DNA of 64,000 nt from Rhodospirillales bacterium 70-18 (GCA_001899585.1 MKWE01000021.1:2388-66387); one strand, 5' to 3'. Positions 38,547 through 47,910 are shown, counted from the first letter of the stretch. The notes: generated by a model from the letters alone, not told the origin. A program made the numbers and translations.

Positions 38547-39460
38547 GCCTGCCCTCCCCGCCCGGCGGGGTGGACCGGCACTGGCTGCACGCGGTCGTGT
38601 TCACCCTGGTGCTGGTCGGCCTCGTGGTGGCCGCCATGGGCGGGGACTGGCCGTTCGCGCTCTCGGCGCTGGCCACCTGCGGCGTGGGCTTCGGCTTCTT
38701 CTACCTGGTGTTCCCCGGCGGCTCGCATTTCGGCGTCACCATGGCCAATAGCGTGGCGCTGTACGCCTGCCTGTTCGTGTTCTTCCGCGACGCCAATTTC
38801 GCCGGCGCCCCGCATGCCTACCAGATCGTGGCCCTGGCGGTGCCGGTCCTCGCCTTCCTGGCTGGCTGCTTCGTCCGCCGCGCCGCCATCGCGGCGGCCA
38901 TCCACGCCCGCCGCCACCACGCCCCCACCCACCTGCCCCGCGTCTCGCGCTGGCTGCCCGGCATCGCCGCGGTCGGCGCGCTGTCCTTCGGCCTGCCCCG
39001 GCTGGGCCTGCCGGCCGAGGCGCAGGGGGCGGCCCTGGTCGGCTCCATGGCGGTGATCGGCCTGATCACCGCGCTGGCGGTGCGCGACGTGGTGCTGCTG
39101 CTGGTGGACATCGCCCTGGTGTTCGAGACGGTGTCCGAGCGGCTGGACCGGCTGGTGATGCCGGTGATGGCCTTCCTCACCTACTACTCGCTGCTGGTGG
39201 TGGTGTTCGCCAGCCTCTACCGCCTCGCCGAGATGTCGCTGGGGACGGGGCAGTTCGTGGTGCGCGGCGCAGTCACCAACATCAGCTTCGCCGACGCGCT
39301 GTATTTCAGCGTCATCACCATCGCCACCGTCGGCTATGGCGACATCACCCCGGTCGGCCCGCTCGTGCGCGGCCTGGCCTCCATCGAGGTGGTCGCCGGC
39401 CTGCTGCTGCTGCTGTTCGGCTTCAGCGAGATCATGCGCACGCGCAACCGACCCGACTGA
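38543..39460 (+). CDS. potassium channel family protein (pore-loop TVGYGD)
   Basis: ...FADALYFSVITIATVGYGDITP is the selectivity filter, with several N-terminal TM helices. The GTG start overlapping the RidA stop is tentative. Confidence 0.78.
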   Translation: MSLPSPPGGVDRHWLHAVVFTLVLVGLVVAAMGGDWPFALSALATCGVGFGFFYLVFPGGSHFGVTMANSVALYACLFVFFRDANFAGAPHAYQIVALAVPVLAFLAGCFVRRAAIAAAIHARRHHAPTHLPRVSRWLPGIAAVGALSFGLPRLGLPAEAQGAALVGSMAVIGLITALAVRDVVLLLVDIALVFETVSERLDRLVMPVMAFLTYYSLLVVVFASLYRLAEMSLGTGQFVVRGAVTNISFADALYFSVITIATVGYGDITPVGPLVRGLASIEVVAGLLLLLFGFSEIMRTRNRPD

Positions 39461-39518
39461 TCGGATTTCCGCCACGATGGGCGTCCACAAAGCGGCCACA
39501 GCGCCACGGGAGCACGGC

Positions 39519-40490
39519 ATGGACTGGACGGGACGCAAGATACTGGTGACCGGCGGCGCCGGCTTCCTGGGCGCCAATCTCTGCCACGCCCTGGCCGCGC
39601 GCGGCGCCAGGGTCACCGCGCTGGACGGCTTCCTCTACGGCGGCGGCGCCAACCCGGCCAACCTGGACGGCGCCGCGGTGGAGTTGGTCCGCGCCGACAT
39701 CCGCGAGACCGACCTGCGGCCGCTCTGCGAGGGCGCGGAGGTGATCTTCAACCTCGCCGCCCAGACCAGCCACATGGGCGGCCAGCGCGACCCGCTGGCC
39801 GATATCGCGGTCAACGCCGTCGCCCAGGTCCGCCTGATCCAGGCGGCGCGCGAGGCCGCGCCCGAGGCGGTGGTGGTGCACGCCTCCACCCGCCAGTTCT
39901 ACGGCAGGCCGCGCTATCTGCCGGTGGACGAAAGCCACCCGGTCAACCCGCCGGACGCCAACGGCGTGTCGAAATTCGCCGGCGAGCAGTACTGGATGAT
40001 CGAGCATCGCACCGCCGGCCGCCCGGTGGTCAGCCTGCGCCTGACCAACTGCTACGGCCCCCGCCTGCGCATCCGCGACGCCCGGCAGACCTTCCTGGGC
40101 ATCTGGCTCCGCTGCGTGCTGGAACGCCGGCCGTTCGAGGTGTGGGGCGGCGAGCAGCTGCGCGACATGACCTATGTGGACGATGTGACGGACGCCTTCC
40201 TGCGTGCCGCCGCCACCCCGGCCTGCCACGGCAACATCTACAACATCGGCGGCCCGCCGCCGGCCAGCCTGCTGGAGATCGCGCGGATCATGGAGAAGCT
40301 GGCGCCGGAGGAGGCGCAGTTCGTCACCCGCGAATTCCCCGCCGACCGCAAGAGCATCGACATCGGCAGCTACCACGCCGACGACAGCGCCTTCCGCGCC
40401 GCCACCGGCTGGGCGCCCGAGGTGTCGCTGGAAGACGGCATCGCCCGCTCGCTGGCCTGGTACCGCACCCGGCTGGCACAATACGTATGA
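39519..40490 (+). CDS. NAD-dependent epimerase/dehydratase family protein (extended SDR, atypical active site)
   Basis: ILVTGGAGFLG Rossmann motif. The position of the canonical YxxxK reads NGVSK (PPDANGVSKFAGE). GGGAG lies 8 nt upstream of the ATG at 39519. Confidence 0.85.
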   Translation: MDWTGRKILVTGGAGFLGANLCHALAARGARVTALDGFLYGGGANPANLDGAAVELVRADIRETDLRPLCEGAEVIFNLAAQTSHMGGQRDPLADIAVNAVAQVRLIQAAREAAPEAVVVHASTRQFYGRPRYLPVDESHPVNPPDANGVSKFAGEQYWMIEHRTAGRPVVSLRLTNCYGPRLRIRDARQTFLGIWLRCVLERRPFEVWGGEQLRDMTYVDDVTDAFLRAAATPACHGNIYNIGGPPPASLLEIARIMEKLAPEEAQFVTREFPADRKSIDIGSYHADDSAFRAATGWAPEVSLEDGIARSLAWYRTRLAQYV

Positions 40491-41647
40491 GACATAACCA
40501 TTCCGGGGAAATCGCCGTGAGCGCAGCCGCCATCACCGTCCCGCAGGCCAGTCCGGGCGCCGGCTATCAGGCCCTGAAAGGCGAGATCGACGCCGCTGTG
40601 GCCCGTGTTTTGGCCTCTGGATGGTATGTTTTGGGGGCTGAATGCCGGGGATTCGAGGCCGAATTCGCCGCCTGGATGGGCCTCTCGCGCGCCGTCGGCG
40701 TGGCCAACGGCACCGACGCCCTAGCCCTGGCCCTGCGCGCGCTCGATGTCGGGCCGGGCTGCGCGGTGGCCACCGTGTCGCATACCGCGGTGGCCACCGT
40801 CGCCGCCATCCAGATGGTCGGCGCCACCCCCGTGCTGATCGACATCGACCCCGCGCACTACACCATGGACCCGGCCGAACTGGCCGCCGTGCTGGACGCA
40901 CCGCCACCCGGCCTGCCGCCGATCCGCGCCGTGATCCCGGTGCATCTTTATGGCCAACCCGTTGATCTTGATCCGATCCGCGCCGCCTGCGCCCGCCACG
41001 GCGTGCCGGTCGTCGAGGATTGCAGCCAGGCCCACGGCGCCACGCTGGGCGGGCGCAAGGTCGGCGGCATGACGCAGGTCTCCTGCTTCAGCCTGTACCC
41101 CACCAAGAACCTGGGGGCGCTGGGCGATGGCGGGGTGATCGCCACCGCCGACGACGCGCTGGCCACCAGGCTGGCGGCGCTGCGGCAATATGGCTGGCAT
41201 CGGCACTACATCTCCGACGAGGCCGGCGTGAACACCCGGCTCGACGAGATGCAGGCGGCCATCCTGCGGGTGAAACTGGCGCATCTGGATGCCGCCAACG
41301 CCCGCCGCCAGGCCATCGCCGCCGCCTATGACGCGGCGCTGACCGGCGAGCTGCGCCCGCCGGCGCGGCGCGCGGGGGCTACGCACGTGTTCCACCAATA
41401 CGTGCTGCGCAGCCCGCAACGCGCTGAACTGCAAGCCAAACTCCGCGCCGAGGGCATCGCCACCGGCATCCACTACCCGATGCCCGTCCACACCCAGCCC
41501 GCCTATGCCGGCCGCATCGCCCTCGGCCCCGCCGCCTGCCGCGCCACCGAGGCCGCCTGTGCCGAGGTGTTCAGCCTGCCGATGTTCCCCGAACTGACCG
41601 ACGCCCAGGTGGCCCAGGTCGCCGCCGCGCTGCGCCGCCTGGGGTGA
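40487..41647 (+). CDS. DegT/DnrJ/EryC1/StrS family sugar aminotransferase
   Basis: ATGA overlap with the SDR gene. ...GVANGTDALALAL..., ...EDCSQAHGA..., PLP-Lys context FSLYPTKNLGALGDGG. Confidence 0.88.
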   Translation: MRHNHSGEIAVSAAAITVPQASPGAGYQALKGEIDAAVARVLASGWYVLGAECRGFEAEFAAWMGLSRAVGVANGTDALALALRALDVGPGCAVATVSHTAVATVAAIQMVGATPVLIDIDPAHYTMDPAELAAVLDAPPPGLPPIRAVIPVHLYGQPVDLDPIRAACARHGVPVVEDCSQAHGATLGGRKVGGMTQVSCFSLYPTKNLGALGDGGVIATADDALATRLAALRQYGWHRHYISDEAGVNTRLDEMQAAILRVKLAHLDAANARRQAIAAAYDAALTGELRPPARRAGATHVFHQYVLRSPQRAELQAKLRAEGIATGIHYPMPVHTQPAYAGRIALGPAACRATEAACAEVFSLPMFPELTDAQVAQVAAALRRLG

Positions 41648-41693
41648 CGTATTGCAGTTGCGAAGGCGGCGCCGCCCGGCGCAGTCTTCGCAC

Positions 41694-44483
41694 ATGCAGC
41701 ATGCCCCTCCGCTCGCCGCCGAACTGCTCGCCCTGACCCGCCGGGTCCGCGAAAGGCTGGACGAGGACCCGTTCGGCAACCCGGTGCTCTCGGTGGCGCT
41801 GGCGATCTCGCGCCGGCTGGACCGGGGCGAGGTGGATTCCGCGGCGCTGGCCGCCCTGGTGCGCCAGTTGCGCGACGCCGCCTTCGCCGACCGCGCGGCG
41901 CGGCTGGGCGCCTATGTCGGCGGCACCGGGATGGCGGACACCCAGGCGGCGCTGCGGAGCCTGGCGGCGCGGCTGGTGCGGCCCGACCCGTCCGACAGCG
42001 CGGTGCCGCTGGCCGCCTTCCGCGCCGCCGTGGAGCGGCCGCGCTTCGCCTGCGTGTTCACCGCCCACCCCACCTTCGCCCTGCCCGCCCCGGTGTTCGC
42101 CGCCCTGGCCGACGCCGCCAGCGGCCGGGCCGGGCCGGGCTTCGCCACCCACCGGGCCACCGGCATGACGCTGGAGGCCGAGTTCGAGCAGGCGGGTGCG
42201 GCCATCACGCGCGGGCGGGACGCGCTGGACCAGTTGGCCGGCGCGCTGCTGGAGCAGGCCGCCGCCGCCTGGCCCGGCCGCTGGGCGGAACTGGCGCCCT
42301 GCCCGGTGATCCTGGCGAGCTGGGTCGGCTACGACACCGACGGGCGGACCGACATCTTCTGGTGGGACACGCTGCGCCTGCGCCTGCGCATGAAGCGGGC
42401 GCAGCTGGCCCGCCTAGCCGGCCAGCTCGCGCCCCTGCCCGCCGCGGCGGCGCTGGCGCGCGCCCAGGCCGCGCTGGCCGCCGTGGAGGCGCAGCTCGCC
42501 GCCTGCCCGGACACCCCGGACCCCGACCGCGTGGCCGCATTCGCGCATGCCCTCGTGGCCGGGCGGGAGGCGGCGTTGGTGACCACCGCGCCGCTCGATG
42601 CCCTGCTGCGCGCGGCGATCGCCGAGGCCGGCGAGGCCGACCGGCTCGGCCTGGCGGTGGCGCGCGCCGGGCTGCTGTCGCACGGCCTGTCGCTCGCGCA
42701 CACCCATGTGCGGCTGAACGCGGCGCAACTGCACAACGCGGTGCGCCAGCGCCTGCTGGCCGCCGACACACGCTTCGCCGACCCGCCGGAGGACCCTTCG
42801 CGCCGCCGCGCCCTGCTGTCGGCGATCAACGCGGCGCTGGACGCGGTGGCGCCGCTGCCGGTGGATTTCGGCGCGCTGCTGGCCGAGCAGGCCTCGGCGG
42901 CGCGGCTGATGATGACGGTGGCGCAGATCGCCAAGCACATCGACGCCGGCAGCCGCGTGCGCTTCCTGATCGCCGAGACCGAGACCGGCTATTCCCTGCT
43001 CGCCGCGCTGTGGCTGGCGCGGCTGTTCGGGGTGGAGCGGCAGGTGGAGATCAGCCCGCTGTTCGAGACCGCCGACGCGCTGGAGCATGGCGCGCGGATC
43101 GTGGAGGAGGCGCTGCGCAGCCCGCATTTCCGCGCCTATCTACGCGCCGCCGGCCGGGTGGCGCTGCAATTCGGCTATTCGGATTCCGGGCGCTATGTCG
43201 GCCAGCTCGCCGCCAGCTACCTGGTGGAGCGGCTGCGGCTGAAGCTGGGCGAGGCGCTGGCGCGGCACGGGCTGGCCGGGGTGGAGGTGGTGCTGTTCGA
43301 CACCCATGGCGAGAGCGTGGGGCGCGGCGCCCATCCGGGGGCGCTGGCCGACCGTCTGGCCTATCTGTCGCCGCCGGCCAGCCGGCATGCGCTGACCGCC
43401 GCCGGGCTGGCGGTGTGCGAGGAATCCGCCTTCCAGGGCGGCGACGGCTACCTGTTGTTCGGCACGCCGGAACTGGCGCTGGCCACGGTGGCGCGGGTGG
43501 CCGAACACGCCTTCGCGCCCGCCGCCGCGACCGCCGACCCGGTGTACGACGATCCGGATTTCGCGGCGGATTTCTTCGGCGCCAGCCGGGCGGCGATGCA
43601 GGAGTTGGTGGAGGACCCCGGCTATGCCGCGCTGCTGGGCGCCTTCGGCCCGGCGCTGCTGGACCCCACCGGCTCCCGCCCCACAACACGGCAGGCCGAC
43701 GGCATGAGCGGGCCGGCGACGATCCGCCACCCGCGCGAGCTGCGGGCGATCCCGAACAACGCGATTTTGCAGCAGCTCGGCTGGATGGCGAACACGCTGC
43801 AGGGGCTGGGTGCGGCGGCGGCGCGCCACCCGGAGGCGTTCGCGGAATTGCGCCAGTCCAGCGCCCGGTTCGGCAACGCGCTGGCGCTGGCGCGGCACGC
43901 GCTGGCCTATTCGGACCTGGACGTGCTGCGCGCGGCGGTGGCCAGCCTGGACCCCGGAAGCTGGCTGGACCGCGCCGCCCACGCCCACATCCCCGGCCGG
44001 CGCGAGGCGCTGGTGGCGGTGGCGCGGGCGCTGGAGCGGCTGGACCTGTGGGCGCCGGCGCAGGCGATGTTCCGGCGCATCCAGGCCGACCACGTGGCGT
44101 TGCGCGCCGCCTGGCCGGACGCGCCGCGCATGACCGACCGGGCGATGCTGCTGCACGCGCTGCGGCTGGCGGTGATCCATCGCATCTGGCTGCTGGCCGC
44201 CGCCATCCCGGATTTCTCGCCGCGCCACGGGGTGACCCGCGCGGCGCTGGAGGGGCGCATCCTGCGGCTGGACATCCCGCCGGCGCTGGCGGTGCTGGCC
44301 GACGTGTTCCCCGCCGCGTCGGACCCGGCGGGCGGGCGGGATTACGGCGAGCCGGCGGCGCCGCGCGCCGGCGACGCCTATGCCCGCGAGCACGCCGAGA
44401 TTTTCGTGCCGATGGCCGGGCTGTTCGCCCTGGCGCGCGAGATCTCGGCGGCGGTGACGCATGAGGTGGGGGCGTTCGGATAA
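41694..44483 (+). CDS. phosphoenolpyruvate carboxylase-family protein (divergent)
   Basis: 929 aa. Has FTAHPTF (compare TAHPTE), QFGYSDSGRY (compare GYSDSxKD) and LFDTHGESVGRGAHPG (compare FHGRGGxxGRGGxP). The C-terminus is EVGAFG rather than NTG. Confidence 0.7.
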   Translation: MQHAPPLAAELLALTRRVRERLDEDPFGNPVLSVALAISRRLDRGEVDSAALAALVRQLRDAAFADRAARLGAYVGGTGMADTQAALRSLAARLVRPDPSDSAVPLAAFRAAVERPRFACVFTAHPTFALPAPVFAALADAASGRAGPGFATHRATGMTLEAEFEQAGAAITRGRDALDQLAGALLEQAAAAWPGRWAELAPCPVILASWVGYDTDGRTDIFWWDTLRLRLRMKRAQLARLAGQLAPLPAAAALARAQAALAAVEAQLAACPDTPDPDRVAAFAHALVAGREAALVTTAPLDALLRAAIAEAGEADRLGLAVARAGLLSHGLSLAHTHVRLNAAQLHNAVRQRLLAADTRFADPPEDPSRRRALLSAINAALDAVAPLPVDFGALLAEQASAARLMMTVAQIAKHIDAGSRVRFLIAETETGYSLLAALWLARLFGVERQVEISPLFETADALEHGARIVEEALRSPHFRAYLRAAGRVALQFGYSDSGRYVGQLAASYLVERLRLKLGEALARHGLAGVEVVLFDTHGESVGRGAHPGALADRLAYLSPPASRHALTAAGLAVCEESAFQGGDGYLLFGTPELALATVARVAEHAFAPAAATADPVYDDPDFAADFFGASRAAMQELVEDPGYAALLGAFGPALLDPTGSRPTTRQADGMSGPATIRHPRELRAIPNNAILQQLGWMANTLQGLGAAAARHPEAFAELRQSSARFGNALALARHALAYSDLDVLRAAVASLDPGSWLDRAAHAHIPGRREALVAVARALERLDLWAPAQAMFRRIQADHVALRAAWPDAPRMTDRAMLLHALRLAVIHRIWLLAAAIPDFSPRHGVTRAALEGRILRLDIPPALAVLADVFPAASDPAGGRDYGEPAAPRAGDAYAREHAEIFVPMAGLFALAREISAAVTHEVGAFG

Positions 44484-44523
44484 CGGCGCGGCGCGGCGGA
44501 CGCAGGCGGCCCGCGACCAGAGC

Positions 44524-44559
44524 GTTATCCGGCCGGATGGACTCACCCGGCCGGATAAC
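44524..44559 (+). terminator. rho-independent-type terminator after the PEPC-like gene
   Basis: Perfect 13-bp stem GTTATCCGGCCGG / CCGGCCGGATAAC with a 10-nt loop, followed by ATTTCTTGTT. Confidence 0.65.
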
Positions 44560-44588
44560 ATTTCTTGTTAAAACAGAACGCCAATGTG

Positions 44589-44616
44589 CGATGACCGCTT
44601 CTTTCAGCGGTCATCG
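44589..44616 (-). terminator. hairpin immediately after the TQ-repeat protein gene
   Basis: CGATGACCGC-TTCTTTCA-GCGGTCATCG, 5 nt from the stop codon. A T-rich stretch follows only after about 15 nt. Confidence 0.45.
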
Positions 44617-44620
44617 GGCT

Positions 44621-45001
44621 TTAGCGTCGCGCCCCACCGCCGGCGCCGCCGCCCGACCCCATACCGCCCCCCGGCCCCATGCCGCCGCCGATGGCCGGCG
44701 GTGCGTCGGGCAGGGTGATGCCGCGCTGCCGCGCCCGCTCCTGCATCGCCTGGTGGTTCTCCGCGCGGATGCGGTTGCGCTCCTCGGCGGTGCGCGCGGT
44801 GCGCATGCGGGTGCGGTAGGTGTTGCGCTCGGCGGGCGTCATCAGCTGGCTGCCGTAGATCTGCTCCTCCGTCTGGGTCTGGGTTCGTGTCTGGGTCTGG
44901 GTCTGGGTCTGGGTCTGGGTCTGGGTTTGCGCCAGGACTCCGGGGGCGGCCATCGGCAGCGCGAGGGCGCCGAGCAGAATGCCGCGCGTCAACAACTTCA
45001 T
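44621..45001 (-). CDS. small secreted protein with a (TQ)n tract and a Gly/Met-rich tail (function unknown)
   Basis: AGGAG RBS. Signal peptide MKLLTRGILLGALALPMAAPGVLA/Q, then QTQTQTQTQTQTQTRTQTQT, then LMTPAERNTYRTRMRTARTAEERNRIRAENHQAMQERARQRGITLP, then GGGMGPGGGMGSGGG. Confidence 0.75.
   Translation of the reverse strand: MKLLTRGILLGALALPMAAPGVLAQTQTQTQTQTQTQTRTQTQTEEQIYGSQLMTPAERNTYRTRMRTARTAEERNRIRAENHQAMQERARQRGITLPDAPPAIGGGMGPGGGMGSGGGAGGGARR
44870..44929. repeat. hexanucleotide microsatellite (GTCTGG)n, about 10 units, 8 perfect
   Basis: Read directly. Encodes the TQ dipeptide tract on the minus strand. Confidence 0.9.
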
Positions 45002-45101
45002 GTCAGGCTCCTGTGAAAGCATCGGCTACGGCCGCCGTGAGAGCGGGGCGCGTCAGCCTCGAACGCGATGGCAGTTATTCCGCGGATCGCACGATCGCGC
45101 T

Positions 45102-45115
45102 TTGATCTGGATCAT
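45102..45115. promoter_or_regulatory. FNR/FixK-type box TTGATCTGGATCAT
   Basis: 9 of 10 matches to TTGAT-N4-ATCAA, with the same half-sites as the box at 55480. Lies in the divergent spacer between the TQ-protein gene (ATG 45001) and the first GT2 gene (ATG 45202). Confidence 0.55.
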
Positions 45116-45201
45116 CGCGGCCAGACGGCATGGGGCCTTGCGCGGAGGTCCGGAGTTGCGCAAACACTCCGGAGGGCCGTTACAGGGCCGGCGGGACCGC
45201 C

Positions 45202-46458
45202 ATGCGGCATGCGGGGAGCGCACGAATTGAGTTGCAGGATGCGACAGCGGCGGCCGCGGCATTGACCGCCGGGCAGCCCGGGACCGTGCTGGTGGACACG
45301 CGCGATGCCGCCCCGCGCGGGCTGTCGGTGATCGTGCCGATGTTCGGCACCGCGGGCTATGTCCGGGCCTGCCTGGACTCCGTCATCGCCGCCGGCAGCG
45401 GCGACATCGAACTGGTGATCGTCGATGACGGCAGCCCCGATGACTGCGCACAGGTCGCCCGCGACTGGATCGCGCGCAGCGGCGCCGCCGCGGTGCTGGT
45501 GGCCCGGCCGAATGGCGGCCTGTCGGCGGCGCGCAACACCGGCCTGCTGCATGCCCGTGGCGACTACCTCACCTTCCTGGACAGCGACGACCTGTTCGAC
45601 GGCGCGACCTATCGCCGCATGCTCGGCCTGGGCCGGGCGCACGGAGCCGACCTGGTGTTCGCCCGTGCCGTCTGCATGGATAGCCAGACCCAGAGCCTCT
45701 CGGCGTTTCCGGGCTGGGCGGTCTGGTGGGCCATCATGGGCGACCGGCCGATGCGGCGGACCACGCTGGCCCGCGAACCACGGCTGATGGGGCTGGAACC
45801 CAGCGCCACCACGCGGCTGTACCGGGCGGCGTTCGCCCGGCGGATCGGGCTGGCATTCCCGGAAGGACTGACATTCGAGGACCTGCCGGCGCATGTGCGC
45901 AGCGTCGCGCGGGCGGGCTGCATCTGCCTGCTGGGCGAGACCGGCCTGCAGTACCGGGTCGGGCGGCCGGGGCAGATCACCGCCACGCGCGGCAGCGGGC
46001 GGCAGGACAGCCTGGCGACCGCCGACATGGCGATCGGCGAGGCGCTGGCCGCGCGGCTCGGCCTGGATGCCGGCGCCTGCGCCTATGGCGGCATCGCGCG
46101 CCTGCTGTTCTGGTGCGCGCAGCACGTGGCGCGCGACGAGCGCCCGGCCTTCCTGGCGCGGGCGGCCGAGGTTCTGCGCCGCAGCCCGCCGGGCTGGGCG
46201 ACCGGCTATGCCTTCCGTTTCGCGCCGGACGAGACGGATCGCATGGCAGCGCTGGCGTTCGCGCGGGCAGACATCGTGCTGCTCGCCGAGATGGCCGAAG
46301 GGGCGGCGCCCGGGCTGCTGCGCCTCGCGGCCCGCGCCGGCCAACCGGGCATGCGCCGCCCGTTCGTGCTGCGCTGCCGTGCGGCGGCGCGCGGCTGGGC
46401 CGGGGCGGCGTGGCGCGAGGTCCGGTCTGGCCGGTTGCCGTGGCGCGGCCGATGCTGA
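45202..46458 (+). CDS. glycosyltransferase family 2 (module A, gene 1)
   Basis: LSVIVPMFG...ELVIVDDGSPDD...NGGLSAARNTGL...FLDSDD. The start at 45202 is tentative within track ORF 45130..46458. Confidence 0.82.
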   Translation: MRHAGSARIELQDATAAAAALTAGQPGTVLVDTRDAAPRGLSVIVPMFGTAGYVRACLDSVIAAGSGDIELVIVDDGSPDDCAQVARDWIARSGAAAVLVARPNGGLSAARNTGLLHARGDYLTFLDSDDLFDGATYRRMLGLGRAHGADLVFARAVCMDSQTQSLSAFPGWAVWWAIMGDRPMRRTTLAREPRLMGLEPSATTRLYRAAFARRIGLAFPEGLTFEDLPAHVRSVARAGCICLLGETGLQYRVGRPGQITATRGSGRQDSLATADMAIGEALAARLGLDAGACAYGGIARLLFWCAQHVARDERPAFLARAAEVLRRSPPGWATGYAFRFAPDETDRMAALAFARADIVLLAEMAEGAAPGLLRLAARAGQPGMRRPFVLRCRAAARGWAGAAWREVRSGRLPWRGRC

Positions 46459-47900
46459 CCCCGCCCTGGCTGCGCGAGGCGCTGAGACGGATGGAGCCCT
46501 ATGCCGGCCGCATGTGCGACGATGACGCCTGGCGGGCGCGGACCGGGTTTTTCGGCCCGGTGCGGCTGCCGCAGGCAGCATGCGGCACGCTGCTGCTGAT
46601 CGGCGCCCGCTCCGGCCTGGAGGCGGTGCTGGCGCGGATGGCCAATCCGGCGAGCCGCATTTTCGTGGTAGAGGCCGATCCGGGGCTGCGGCAGCGCATG
46701 CTGGATCTGACCGACGGGCAGGCGCGGGTGTTCGCCACGCTGGAGGCGGCGATGGCAGGCGACCTGCCGGCCGGGATCGACCTGGCGCGGATCGACCTGG
46801 CGGCGTTCAGCCCCGCCGTCGTGGCAACGCTTGCGGCCGGGCGGCGGGTGGACCATCTGTGCGGCGAGGCCAGCGAACTGGCGATGGATGCCCTGGCGCT
46901 GTACCGGCTGTGCCGGGAGCGGGTGCGCAGCTTCTACTTTCATCTCGCCGAGGCCGGCCATGCGATCGCCGGCGACCGGCCGGCGCCGGCGGTGGAGGTG
47001 TCGGTGGTGGTGCCCGCCTACAACGTCGCCGCCTGGGTGGAGGCGGCGCTGGCCAGCCTGGCGGCGCAGACGCTGCAAAGCCTGGAGGTGATCGTGGTCG
47101 ATGACGGTTCGACCGACGCGACCGGCGCGATCGCCGATGCCTGGGCGGCGCAGGACCCGGCGCGGCGGCGCGTGGTGCATCAGGCGAATGCCGGCTGCGC
47201 GGCGGCGCGCATGGCCGGACTGGCGGCCGCGCGCGGCGAGTATGTCGGCTTCGTGGACGGCGACGACTGGGCGGAGCCGCCGATGTTCGAGGAGCTGTAC
47301 CGCGCGGCGGCGCTGCGTGGCGCCGAGATCGGGCAATGCGGCTTCCATGAGGCGTTCGAGGATGGGTCCCGCCAGGATCATCCCACCGCCTGGGGCGGCG
47401 ACGGGCCCGGCGGCACGACCGGCCGGGTCGCCGATCCGCGCGCGCTGCTGCTGCTCCAGCCGTCGATCTGGCGGCGCATCTACCGGCGCGACTTCCTGCT
47501 GCGCGAGCGCATCCGCTTCCCCGAGCATATCCGCCGCTTCGACGACCTGCCCTTCGCCTTCGTCTCGCTGGCCAGGGCCGGCAGCGTCGGCATCATCCCC
47601 GATTGCTATTATGCGTATCGCCAGGGGCGCCCGGGCCAGGACATCGCCGCCCGCGACGAGCGGCTGTTCGTGCATTTCGAGATATTCGAATGGCTGCACG
47701 CCGAGATCCAGCCCTGGGCGGACGCCACGGTGCGACGGAGCTTCGCGCGGCTGCAGTTGGCGACGCACCGCTTCGCGCTCGGCCGGATCGAGCGGCGGTT
47801 GCGCCGGCGCTATCTGGGGGCGGCGGTGCGACAGATGCATGCGCTTGGCGGCGGCGGCCGGGCCGCGCTGCTGTGGCGGCTGTGGCCGGGCTGGCGCTGA
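46452..47900 (+). CDS. two-domain protein: N-terminal FkbM-like methyltransferase-fold domain (tentative) plus GT2 glycosyltransferase (module A, gene 2)
   Basis: 7-nt overlap with the previous gene. N-terminal ...LLLIGARSGLEAVL...IFVVEADPGL...IDLARIDL. GT2 part VSVVVPAYN...VIVVDDGSTD...VDGDD... Confidence 0.78.
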   Translation: MLTPPWLREALRRMEPYAGRMCDDDAWRARTGFFGPVRLPQAACGTLLLIGARSGLEAVLARMANPASRIFVVEADPGLRQRMLDLTDGQARVFATLEAAMAGDLPAGIDLARIDLAAFSPAVVATLAAGRRVDHLCGEASELAMDALALYRLCRERVRSFYFHLAEAGHAIAGDRPAPAVEVSVVVPAYNVAAWVEAALASLAAQTLQSLEVIVVDDGSTDATGAIADAWAAQDPARRRVVHQANAGCAAARMAGLAAARGEYVGFVDGDDWAEPPMFEELYRAAALRGAEIGQCGFHEAFEDGSRQDHPTAWGGDGPGGTTGRVADPRALLLLQPSIWRRIYRRDFLLRERIRFPEHIRRFDDLPFAFVSLARAGSVGIIPDCYYAYRQGRPGQDIAARDERLFVHFEIFEWLHAEIQPWADATVRRSFARLQLATHRFALGRIERRLRRRYLGAAVRQMHALGGGGRAALLWRLWPGWR

Positions 47901-47910
47901 CCGGAGGCAG

